Below, one piece after another: positions 19,012 to 28,079 of a stretch of DNA of 64,000 bases. The stretch is from an uncultured Desulfosarcina sp. (GTDB lineage Bacteria > Desulfobacterota > Desulfobacteria > Desulfobacterales > Desulfosarcinaceae): contig CAXXWQ010000004.1 of NCBI GenBank assembly GCA_963674945.2, positions 704,001 to 768,000 on the forward strand, read 5' to 3'. A program made the translations under genes and the position numbers. The notes under the pieces were generated by a model that worked only from the letters and a program-made list of their open reading frames with translations, searched no databases and had not been told where the DNA came from. The first letter of the stretch is position 1. Every line of letters begins with the position of its first letter.

Positions 19012-20565
19012 ATGATAGATGAAAATGAATTTTTCAACAAAGCGACGTTGCTCATATGCAGCAGCTTGAACGTGGACACCGCGTTGGAGCGTTTCATGAC
19101 CTATGTTAAGAGCATCATGCCGATATCAGGCATTATCATGGGTGTATATGATCCGACAATGAATCTTGGATATTTGCTATCTGCAATTTGGCCGCCGAAA
19201 TGGAAAAAACCACCCGAGATCATATCCTTTTCAAAGGATATGGGTGAGTATATGAGAACGATCTGGGATAGAAATGAAAAAATATTAATCATCAATGATA
19301 TTGAAAATGAGATGCCTGCGAGCCGCACAATCTTGAGCGCCTTTTTTCCGGACGATTCCTCACAGATAAGTTTGAAACTCGAACTCGATGATGAACATCT
19401 TGGCGCGGTTAATTTTCTATCCGAGGGCAAACACTGCTTTACTGAAAATCACGGGAGACTGCTTACACTGCTTCATGATCCACTTGCCGTAGCGATATCC
19501 AACGTTCTGCAGTATCGTGAAATATCAAGGCTCAGAGATTTGCTAGCGGAAGACAACCGCGATCTGCGGCGCAAACTCCGCTCTGTTTCCTATGACCAGA
19601 TCATCGGATCCGAGTTCGGATTGAAAGATGTGATGCAAATGGTCCAGCAGGTTTCGCGCTTGAACAGCCCGGTATTGATTTTGGGAGAAACCGGTGTCGG
19701 AAAAGAAGTGATTGCCAATGCCATCCATGAAAACTCGGAGCGGAGAGACAAGCCTTTTGTCAAGGTAAATTGCGGCGCCATTCCAGAGAATCTGATTGAC
19801 AGCGAACTTTTCGGCCATGAAAAGGGTGCATTTACAGGTGCCATCTCACAGAGACTGGGCTTTTTCGAGAGAGCCCACACGGGTACAATATTTCTGGATG
19901 AGATCGGCGAACTCCCCGTGGCCGCTCAAGTGAGGCTGCTACGTGTTCTGCAGCATCAGGAGCTCGAACGTATCGGCGGATCAAGAACGATTCATGTGGA
20001 CGTCCGAATTATCAGTGCCACCCATCAGAACATAGCCCTTTTGGCCCAAAAAGGGCAGTTTAGAGAAGACCTTTGGTTTCGTTTGAATGTCTTCCCGATC
20101 AATATCCCACCGCTTCGCGCTCGCCCGGAAGATATCCCGGCGTTGTTCCACTACTTCGTCGAAAAAAAATGTCAGGAATTGAATATACGCAATTTACCAT
20201 CGCTTGATATGGGAACCATGGATCAACTCCAGAGTTACAGTTGGCCGGGGAATATCAGGGAACTTGAGAACCTGGTGGAAAGATTTTTGATCCGCAGCCA
20301 GACATCGGTTGGAAATCGTATATTAAAAATTGACGAACTGATAGTGGCGCACGACAGCACAACGAACCAATCCACCCAAGGGGGAATACATGGTATCCGC
20401 CCTTTGGATGAAGTCATGTCCGAGCATATCAAAATGGCCCTCAACGTAACGAATGGAAAAGTGGAAGGAGAAGATGGCGCCGCGAAAGCATTGGGCATCC
20501 ATCCGAGCACCCTGCGCGCACGTATGCGCAAATTGGGTATTGCATATGGGAAAAGGTCAAGATAA
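19012..20565 (+). CDS. Sigma54-dependent transcriptional activator (GAF-AAA+-HTH; FhlA/NifA type)
   Basis: GETGVGKE, ELFGHEKGAFTGA, FLDEIGE, WPGNIREL and a C-terminal HTH. Confidence 0.95.
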   Translation: MIDENEFFNKATLLICSSLNVDTALERFMTYVKSIMPISGIIMGVYDPTMNLGYLLSAIWPPKWKKPPEIISFSKDMGEYMRTIWDRNEKILIINDIENEMPASRTILSAFFPDDSSQISLKLELDDEHLGAVNFLSEGKHCFTENHGRLLTLLHDPLAVAISNVLQYREISRLRDLLAEDNRDLRRKLRSVSYDQIIGSEFGLKDVMQMVQQVSRLNSPVLILGETGVGKEVIANAIHENSERRDKPFVKVNCGAIPENLIDSELFGHEKGAFTGAISQRLGFFERAHTGTIFLDEIGELPVAAQVRLLRVLQHQELERIGGSRTIHVDVRIISATHQNIALLAQKGQFREDLWFRLNVFPINIPPLRARPEDIPALFHYFVEKKCQELNIRNLPSLDMGTMDQLQSYSWPGNIRELENLVERFLIRSQTSVGNRILKIDELIVAHDSTTNQSTQGGIHGIRPLDEVMSEHIKMALNVTNGKVEGEDGAAKALGIHPSTLRARMRKLGIAYGKRSR

Positions 20566-20644
20566 GCTTTATCTGGCGTAGCGTCCGGGAAGTTTTTACG
20601 CCCATTGCAGCGGGCCGTGTGTGTGTTAAATCGCAGAAAGGAGG

Positions 20645-21703
20645 ATGCCAATGAGCCAGAAGAATTCCCTTCCGTCCAAAAATTACCGGGTTGTGCAATG
20701 GACCACGGGAAATGTCGGTGCACATGCGCTGCGCGCGATTATCAAACATCCGAAAATGACGCTTGCCGGGGTTTTCGCTTACTCCGAAGAGAAGACGGGG
20801 CTTGATGCGGGAGAACTTTGCGGGATCGATCCCGTCGGTATAAAAGCCATCGGAAACATCGACGAGATCATCGACCTCAAACCCGATTGCGTGGTGTACA
20901 TGCAGCAGGGGTGCAACGTAGACGACGTATGCAAACTGCTGGCATCGGGAGCGAACATCGTGACCACTTGCCTGAAATTTCATCACCCGGATCATCTCGA
21001 TCCGGTAGAGCGACAGCGAGTCGAAGAGGCATGCCGCCGCGGCAACACCTCGATTTACTGCAGTGGCAGCAGCCCCGGCTTCATTACGGAAGTCATCCCG
21101 CTGGCACTGCTATTCGTCATGCGAGGACTCGACTGCCTCACGATCAACGAATACGCCGACATGTCCCAATATCCGCACCCTGTCATGCTTTTTGACATAA
21201 TGGGGTATGGGCTCCCCCCCGACAATTATGTGGAATTCAAGGATCATGTACTCGATAATTTCAGCCCTTCGCTTTCTCTCGTAGCCGACGCCATTTCGAA
21301 GCCGATAGACGCATTCGAAGTAAACGAAGAGGTGGCGACCGTACGCAAAAAGACCCGTATCGTCGCCGGTATTCTGGAGGCGGGCACGATCGCCGCGCGT
21401 CGAATCACCATCACGGGCATCCGAGACGGCCGCCCGATGATTCGTTTTTGCCCAACCTGGTACGTCAGCACCGACATCGATGCATCCTGGGAACTTCGAG
21501 AATCCGGCTGGCATGTGCTGGCCGAAGGAGATCCGCCGTTTGATGTAAGCATTCGCTTTCCCATACCCGCCGAACAATACGAAGATGTATCACCCGGCTA
21601 CACCGCATATGGCCCGATCAATGCCATTCCCTACGTTTGCGCCGCACCTTCGGGGATTCGCACGACCATCGACCTTCCGCACATCGTTCCTTATCTCGGA
21701 TGA
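20645..21703 (+). CDS. DapB-like NAD(P)-dependent oxidoreductase (2,4-diaminopentanoate / amine dehydrogenase superfamily)
   Basis: VVQWTTGNVG, GLDAGELCG, LLASGANIV, GSSPGF and NAIPYVCAAPSGI motifs. Start may be 20651. Confidence 0.75.
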   Translation: MPMSQKNSLPSKNYRVVQWTTGNVGAHALRAIIKHPKMTLAGVFAYSEEKTGLDAGELCGIDPVGIKAIGNIDEIIDLKPDCVVYMQQGCNVDDVCKLLASGANIVTTCLKFHHPDHLDPVERQRVEEACRRGNTSIYCSGSSPGFITEVIPLALLFVMRGLDCLTINEYADMSQYPHPVMLFDIMGYGLPPDNYVEFKDHVLDNFSPSLSLVADAISKPIDAFEVNEEVATVRKKTRIVAGILEAGTIAARRITITGIRDGRPMIRFCPTWYVSTDIDASWELRESGWHVLAEGDPPFDVSIRFPIPAEQYEDVSPGYTAYGPINAIPYVCAAPSGIRTTIDLPHIVPYLG

Positions 21704-21780
21704 GCGTGCGAGGGTGCATCCAATGCAACGTATTCGTTTCGATGAATAAAGTGCCTACAGATCGGTAATTGGAGGAAATA

Positions 21781-21812
21781 AAAAAAGGAGATATGACAGC
21801 ATATCTCCTTTT
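21781..21812. terminator. Bidirectional terminator between convergent genes
   Basis: AAAAGGAGATATG-ACAG-CATATCTCCTTTT. A second hairpin lies at about 21825-21848. Confidence 0.75.
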
Positions 21813-21870
21813 GTATGTTATTCCAATCCTCCCATAATTGGGGGGATTCTTTATTTACAGTAAAAAATTC

Positions 21871-23094
21871 TTAGAAATACATTTTTACACCCATTACATT
21901 GCCAAGCAACGTCTTTTGGTATGTGTTGCCAACCGGATCGGTCTCTTTCTCTGAATGGTAATAATAGGTGTTGAAAACGGCCTCGATCTTTTCCGTAATC
22001 TTATAACCAAAGCCTATGGCAAAATTATAATAGCTCAAATCCGTACCGCCCGAAGCAACCGTTTTATCTTTGGATTCTACTGCGTGGGTGGTATAGGAGA
22101 TGCCCCCACTAGTGTACAACTTCGGGGAAAGCTCATATTTTATACCGAGTCCGAGCGTCCAACTGTCTACCCAATTTGTCGGGGACGCACTCTTTTGTGG
22201 ACCATTAAACATTTCAACTTCAGACTCCTTGAATTCCACATCACCCCACCATCGGTACGCATATTCAGCGGTGATGAGCATCTTCGGTGTTACTTGATAA
22301 CTGACACCGGTTAACAAATACCAGGGTATATCGACGGTGTAGGTAGCCGATCCGTCGTCTGCAAGTACAAAACCGGGAGGAAGCGGTCCATCAACCACGG
22401 TCATTTTCACATCACCTTCATATTTCAATGACGTCGGGCTTTTTGCGGTAACGCCGATTCGTACATCGGTGACAGGCTTGTACATGATGCCGAACACGGC
22501 CCTATACCCGGTATTTATCGCTAAGTATTCTTGTTCCATGTCGATGATGACACCACGATCTTCGTATCTCGAACCCTTTACTTCCAGCATGCCCAGAGCC
22601 GTCTCTCCGGTGAACCCAAGGTACAGTTTCGGCGATACCTCGTAGGCGATGCTTAGACCCAAGGAAAAACCGCCCCCCGCAGTAGTAAAATCTCCAAGAC
22701 CCGGAACATTATCCAAAACTGCCGACCCAGCGCCGTATGACGCGTAGAAGCCCGCTCCGTATGCCAGCTTTCCCCTTCTCGTGGCACCAAACATGCTTGG
22801 CGCACCAAACGGATCCGTGCTGCTGTAATCCTGCCCGGTGGTTGCATCGTGATAGGTGTAGTCCGGAAGGATTCCGGTATAAAATTCAAAGTTGCAGTCG
22901 ATCACACCTTCGGGAATCTGGACGAGGCCTGCGGGATTCCAGAAAACCGCCGATGAGTCATCGGCGACACCGGTATAAATATTTGAAAGCCCCGCCGCCC
23001 GAAGCCCCACGTAATCGCTGTTCCAGCCTACTGCATAAACATTTCCGACCGATAGAAAAAATACAAACAGCACACTCACGATTCTACTTCTCAT
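21871..23094 (-). CDS. OmpP1/FadL/TodX-family outer-membrane channel
   Basis: Signal peptide, ADDSSAVFWNPAGL hatch motif, beta-strand pattern and terminal Phe. Confidence 0.88.
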   Translation of the reverse strand: MRSRIVSVLFVFFLSVGNVYAVGWNSDYVGLRAAGLSNIYTGVADDSSAVFWNPAGLVQIPEGVIDCNFEFYTGILPDYTYHDATTGQDYSSTDPFGAPSMFGATRRGKLAYGAGFYASYGAGSAVLDNVPGLGDFTTAGGGFSLGLSIAYEVSPKLYLGFTGETALGMLEVKGSRYEDRGVIIDMEQEYLAINTGYRAVFGIMYKPVTDVRIGVTAKSPTSLKYEGDVKMTVVDGPLPPGFVLADDGSATYTVDIPWYLLTGVSYQVTPKMLITAEYAYRWWGDVEFKESEVEMFNGPQKSASPTNWVDSWTLGLGIKYELSPKLYTSGGISYTTHAVESKDKTVASGGTDLSYYNFAIGFGYKITEKIEAVFNTYYYHSEKETDPVGNTYQKTLLGNVMGVKMYF

Positions 23095-23115
23095 TTAGAA
23101 CTCTCCTTCATGAAC

Positions 23116-23237
23116 CAATTTGGCGACCTCGTAAAAAGTCGAAGTTCTCATCCTCTGGCTCTGTGATCGATTGAAGATACATCTTGGCAAATTGCAGAAA
23201 TAGCATATAAACGACTTTTTACGAGTTCACCAAATTG
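23116..23237. repeat. 122-bp element with 26-bp terminal inverted repeats (MITE/REP-like)
   Basis: CAATTTGGCGACCTCGTAAAAAGTCG ... CGACTTTTTACGAGTTCACCAAATTG, 24/26 complementary. Confidence 0.7.
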
Positions 23238-23479
23238 TCAAAAAATAGCACCGGGTTCTGCGAAATTGCTTTCTTCAACGCTGATAATGAAAGAAAAATT
23301 AAGCTTTTCTTGTCCACAGCAAGCCTTTTGTCCAGTGGGCCTAAGTATACAAACCGGAACAGTCTGTCAACCATAAATGCATCCATCTCCGCCATGTTGA
23401 TATCCATATCCAAACGAAAGAAAACGCAATAAAAATTGCCAGCGTCAGGCAAATCCCCCCCCCCCGATCTGGTTGATCC

Positions 23480-23576
23480 TTTTATTGATAAACATATCTT
23501 CACATTACATTCAACGGCAACAAAGGTAAAGTTAATTTCATTTTTTATTTACATATATTGCCTCATCTGATAGATT
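23480..23576 (+). promoter_or_regulatory. GRE1 promoter: 21-bp conserved box plus TTTACA-N17-TAGATT
   Basis: The box TTTTATTGATAAACATATCTT (23480-23500) and the -35/-10 (23548-23576) recur with identical spacing upstream of GRE2. Confidence 0.7.
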
Positions 23577-23655
23577 TATAGAGCCCATTTTATTAATCTC
23601 GATTTATTAATCGATGTTTACATTTGACAACCCGTCAAACAAAGGGAGGACGAAA

Positions 23656-26211
23656 ATGACAGCCACGGCAAAACAAGTTAAAACAAAGGAACCTCCGGTC
23701 ATAAAGGGTAAAATCAACATCGAGGCGATCAACAAAACAAACCCGTTACCCACCAGAATCAAGGCGATGCGGGATCGGTACCTGAAGGAAATTTCCAAGG
23801 TGTCCAGCGACAGGCCGTGGTACATGTATCAGTCATATCTGAAGACCGAGGGCGAGCATCCCGCAGTTCGCAGGGCCAAGGCGCTGGCCAATGTCTGGGA
23901 GAACAAGGCCATTGCGGTTCATGATCTCGATCTGATCATGGGCAACTTTACCGATGCCATCCGCGGTGCCCATCCGCCGCTGGAGTATTATCCTGAACAG
24001 ATGCGGCGTTTGCTGGAAGCAAACGAGGCGAACTGGACCAACTCCCAGCAGTGTCAGGCGGATCTCTCCAAAGAAGACTTCGAAAAAATCATGGAGGCCG
24101 CCAAGTACTGGGAGAACCACTGGCCCACCCCGGAGATGCGAGAGCGCTGGGACAAACTGATCGCCGTGATCGATCCGAATGACTATCAGAGAGACTTGCA
24201 GTACACCGGGGTCAACTGGGCCCCCGAGTACCTCCCAAGAGAGAAGCGAGTCAAAAAGACGCCTCTGGTACCGCGCCCGCAGGCCACCGGCGCAGATTTC
24301 GAGAAGGCACTGAAGGTCGGTTACAAGACCTTGATCAAAAATGCCAACGATCATATCGACAGGATACAGGGAATCGCCAGAGGACGGGATTTCACCGATG
24401 ATGAAAAAGAAAAGCTGGCGGTCCTGGAGGCGATGGTCATTGCTCTGAAGGCGGTGATTCGCTATGCGAATCGCTATGCTGCCATGGCGGAGGAGAAGGC
24501 AGCAACAGAGAAGGATCCGCAGAGAAAGGCGGAACTTCTGAAGGCGGCGGAGGCTTGCCGTTGGGTGCCGGAAAATCCCCCCAGGACCTTCTTTGAAGCA
24601 GTGCACTCCTTCTGGTTCACGGCAATGGGTGTTTATATGGACAAGTGCCAGCCCAACGTATTTGCAGGTCGATTCGACCAGTACATGTATCCGTACTATG
24701 AGGCCGACATCAACGAAGGCCGCATGACCCGCCAGGAGGCCGTGGAGCTTTTCGGTTGCCTGATCATGAAGCTATGTGCACTCGAACCCTATATGACCCC
24801 GGAGCACCGGGCCGTCTCCCAGGGCACCAATTATGAAAACATCACCATCGGTGGCTGCGATATCCATGGCAAAGATGCCTCCAATGAGCTGTCTTGCATC
24901 GTTCTGCATGTAGCCGCAGAAACCAAGACGCATCAGCCCTATATTTCGCTGCGCTACGATCGTCAGATAGCTCCCGAGTTAATGGAGAAGGCACTCGAGT
25001 GCAACCGTAAGCACGGGGCAGGGATTCCCGCCTTTTTCGGCGATCGTGTGAACATCGAGTATATGCTGAGCCGGGGCCATACCCTGGAACATGCCCGGGA
25101 TCATGCCATTGCCGGATGTGTGAACTGCGTGTACCCGAAGTGCTTCGCCTGGATACGCATGCCCATCACCACAAACAACGAAGCCAAGATGCTGGAGGTA
25201 TTCCTTCACAGAGGCCTCGATCCCCGCACGGGTATCCAGATCGGAAATGACTATGGCGATCCGGGGGACATGACGTTTGATGAACTGGTGGAAAATTATA
25301 AAAAAGAGGTTGCCTACTTCATCAATTGGCAGATTACCCAGTCAGATGCCTGGGACAGGGCCGTGAATTTCACTACGCACGATGCATGGTTCTTTCCCTT
25401 CGTATCTGCCAATATGGAAGGTTGCATCGAAAGCGGCAAGGATATCAGCAGACTGGGTGGCGTGACGGCCATAGACGATGCCAATTACGGCCTCGACCGT
25501 TTCATCCAGGATGCGGCGGATTCGCTCATGGCCATTAAAAAGCTTGTCTATGAGCAGAAAAAGTACACCATGGACGACTTTCTTAAGGCGATGGATGCCA
25601 ACTGGGAAGGATACGATCAAATGCGCGCCGACGCCTTGACGCAACCGAAATACGGAAATGATGACGACGAGGCGGATGCATTGGTAGCCGACCTCTGGTC
25701 CTTTATCACCGATGTCAATATGGCGAGGAAGGATATGTTCGGCAGGCATTACACCGTCTACCGTCAGGGTTCATCCGTGGCAGCGTCCGCCGGCAAATGG
25801 ACAGGGGCACTTCCCAACGGCCGCAAGGCAGGCGAATGGCTCTCGGACGCTTCGCTGTCCCCGGTGCAGCAGGCGGATCAGAAGGGGCCCACGGCCGTCA
25901 TCAACTCGGTGACCAAGCTCGATTTCAGGCATATGGATGGCACGCTCTTGAACATGAAGCTCTGCCCGAGCCTGGTGGACAAACCCGGTGGAATGTTGAA
26001 ATTCAGACAGCTGGTGGAAACATACTTCGACAAGGGCGGCCAGGAAATTCAGTTCAATATCCTGGATAAGGATACGCTGCTGGATGCCCAGAAAAAGCCC
26101 GAGAATTATCGCGATCTGGTGGTACGGGTTGCCGGTTACAGTGCATTCTGGGTGGATCTGGAAACCCAGGTGCAAGATGAGATCATCAGACGAACCGAGC
26201 ACGCAATGTAA
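23656..26211 (+). CDS. Glycyl radical enzyme GRE1 (851 aa), unassigned class
   Basis: SD GGGAGG. GRFDQYMYPYY, Cys loop AIAGCVNCVYP, KYGNDD, QFNI and Gly loop LVVRVAGYSAFW. Confidence 0.95.
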   Translation: MTATAKQVKTKEPPVIKGKINIEAINKTNPLPTRIKAMRDRYLKEISKVSSDRPWYMYQSYLKTEGEHPAVRRAKALANVWENKAIAVHDLDLIMGNFTDAIRGAHPPLEYYPEQMRRLLEANEANWTNSQQCQADLSKEDFEKIMEAAKYWENHWPTPEMRERWDKLIAVIDPNDYQRDLQYTGVNWAPEYLPREKRVKKTPLVPRPQATGADFEKALKVGYKTLIKNANDHIDRIQGIARGRDFTDDEKEKLAVLEAMVIALKAVIRYANRYAAMAEEKAATEKDPQRKAELLKAAEACRWVPENPPRTFFEAVHSFWFTAMGVYMDKCQPNVFAGRFDQYMYPYYEADINEGRMTRQEAVELFGCLIMKLCALEPYMTPEHRAVSQGTNYENITIGGCDIHGKDASNELSCIVLHVAAETKTHQPYISLRYDRQIAPELMEKALECNRKHGAGIPAFFGDRVNIEYMLSRGHTLEHARDHAIAGCVNCVYPKCFAWIRMPITTNNEAKMLEVFLHRGLDPRTGIQIGNDYGDPGDMTFDELVENYKKEVAYFINWQITQSDAWDRAVNFTTHDAWFFPFVSANMEGCIESGKDISRLGGVTAIDDANYGLDRFIQDAADSLMAIKKLVYEQKKYTMDDFLKAMDANWEGYDQMRADALTQPKYGNDDDEADALVADLWSFITDVNMARKDMFGRHYTVYRQGSSVAASAGKWTGALPNGRKAGEWLSDASLSPVQQADQKGPTAVINSVTKLDFRHMDGTLLNMKLCPSLVDKPGGMLKFRQLVETYFDKGGQEIQFNILDKDTLLDAQKKPENYRDLVVRVAGYSAFWVDLETQVQDEIIRRTEHAM

Positions 26212-26267
26212 AAAGGTATATCAGTGTTACCGGTGACCTTCACAATAACCGATCCGTTATCGTCTCT

Positions 26268-26302
26268 GCGGGCCGCCGCAATGTCTTTTGGGTGCGGCCC
26301 GC
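26268..26302 (+). other. GC-rich intercistronic stem-loop after GRE1
   Basis: GCGGGCCGC...GCGGCCCGC with no U tract. Conserved after GRE2. Confidence 0.6.
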
Positions 26303-26397
26303 CATTGTTAAGGCAACGACAACATCAAACAGAAGAAGAACGAGTAACAAGGAGAAAAAACGATTGTTGCGAATAAAAATATAAAAGGAGAAATGCG

Positions 26398-27060
26398 TTG
26401 AAAGTAATGGCATTTAACGGCAGTCCACGCATGAAAGGATGGAATACGGTCACACTCTTGGAAAAGGCTTTGGAGGGAGCTGCGTCCACAGGTGCAAAGA
26501 CTGAACTTGTTCAGCTTTATGATCTGAATTTTTCTGGCTGTATCAGCTGCTTTTCATGCAAAAAAAGCGACCGGAAGGAGGACGGGGTTTGTGCAGTAAA
26601 GGACGATCTGACGCCCGTACTCCAACGGATCAAAGATGCCGATGCGCTGATTATCGGCACACCTTTGTATTACCTCACCGAATCAGCCGGAACGCGAGCG
26701 TTTTTTGAACGTCTCTGTTTCCCTTATTTACAATATACAAAAGACATGCGGTCTCTTTTTCCAAAACGCATCAATACAGCCTTGATTTACACAATGAACA
26801 TGAGTGAAGAAATGATCGAGGTGGTTGGGCTTAACCAGCGGCTATCCATGAACCAGACCCTCCTTTCCATGCATTTCGGAACATGCGAGTTGCTTCTCTC
26901 CACAGATACGCTTCAATTCAGCGACTATGACAAATACGAATCGGAAATGTTTGACAAAGAGGCCAAAACCAGACGCCATGAGGAAGTCTTCCCAGATGAC
27001 TGCCAGCGTGCTTTTGAATTGGGTGTCCGCATGGTCACCAATAAGGGTGGGGAGTCGTAG
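26398..27060 (+). CDS. Iron-sulfur flavoprotein / NADPH-dependent FMN reductase (flavodoxin-like fold)
   Basis: TTG start with SD AAGGAG. NGSPR..WNT, CISCFSC...C.VKDD and GTPLY motifs. Confidence 0.88.
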   Translation: MKVMAFNGSPRMKGWNTVTLLEKALEGAASTGAKTELVQLYDLNFSGCISCFSCKKSDRKEDGVCAVKDDLTPVLQRIKDADALIIGTPLYYLTESAGTRAFFERLCFPYLQYTKDMRSLFPKRINTALIYTMNMSEEMIEVVGLNQRLSMNQTLLSMHFGTCELLLSTDTLQFSDYDKYESEMFDKEAKTRRHEEVFPDDCQRAFELGVRMVTNKGGES

Positions 27061-27098
27061 GCCATGGCACCTCGACCAGTTAACCAATATGTGGTGTA

Positions 27099-28034
27099 AT
27101 GATGAGCAATGAAGAAGATAGTGGCAATTTGAGGGGACGAATTTTCAACATCCAGCGCTACAGCACCGAGGACGGACCCGGCATCCGCTCGACCGTCTTT
27201 TTGAAGGGATGCCCGCTGACCTGTCTCTGGTGCGCCAACCCGGAATCGCAAAAGAGTTATCCCCAAGTCGGACACCGCGACGCGCTTTGCAAACAGTGCG
27301 GCAATTGTATGGCGGCCTGCACAGAAAAGGCGATTTCCTTTAACCCCGATGGAAAGGGAATCGTCATCGATCGAAATCTTTGCAATAACTGCGGCGAATG
27401 CACCAGAGTCTGCACCGAAGGCGCGTTGACCATGCATGGCAAGGATTATACACTGGAAGAGGTCTTCGAGGAGGTGAAACGGGATGAAATGTTCTACCGC
27501 AATACCGGCGGGGGGGTCACCTGTTCCGGCGGAGAGCCTCTGGCGCAACCCGCTTTCGTGGCGGCGCTTTTCGAAAGATGCCGGCAGGTTGGAATCCCCA
27601 CGGCACTGGATACGACCGGTCACGCATCCCGTTCGGCACTGGAGCAGGTCCTGGCCTATACGGATTTGTTTTTATTCGATTTGAAGTGCATGGACAGCGC
27701 CGACAGCCTTGCGTCCGTAGGGCAGTCCAACGAGCTCATGCTTGAAAATGCCGAACATGTGATGCAAAGCGGTGTTCCCATCATCATTCGGGTCCCGCTG
27801 ATCCCCGGAATCACGGAAAAAACGGAAAATCTTCAGAAAATCGCCGCGTTCGTCAAGCGGGTGAATCCGGAAACGCCCATCAACGTGCTGCCCTATCATC
27901 GTCTTGGCGTAAGCAAGTTCCGCATGATGGACATGACGTATAAACTGGACGACCTGGGGCCGATTCCACAAGAACGTCTGGATCAGATTGCCGAGATATT
28001 CGACTCCCATGGTCTGGTGTGCGAAATCGTATAG
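27099..28034 (+). CDS. Glycyl-radical activating enzyme AE1 (radical SAM with 2x[4Fe-4S] ferredoxin insert)
   Basis: DGPGIRSTVFLKGCPLTCLWCANPES, CKQCGNCMAAC, CNNCGECTRVC, SGGEPL and LPYH motifs. Confidence 0.95.
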   Translation: MMSNEEDSGNLRGRIFNIQRYSTEDGPGIRSTVFLKGCPLTCLWCANPESQKSYPQVGHRDALCKQCGNCMAACTEKAISFNPDGKGIVIDRNLCNNCGECTRVCTEGALTMHGKDYTLEEVFEEVKRDEMFYRNTGGGVTCSGGEPLAQPAFVAALFERCRQVGIPTALDTTGHASRSALEQVLAYTDLFLFDLKCMDSADSLASVGQSNELMLENAEHVMQSGVPIIIRVPLIPGITEKTENLQKIAAFVKRVNPETPINVLPYHRLGVSKFRMMDMTYKLDDLGPIPQERLDQIAEIFDSHGLVCEIV

Positions 28035-28079
28035 TATGGTAAAGGATTAGAAAAACACAGAAAAAACAGGAGACAGCTG

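Noticed and set aside
23426..23441. Possible sigma54 promoter for fadL (TGGCAATTTTTATTGC, minus strand)
   Set aside because: GG-GC spacing is one base too long.
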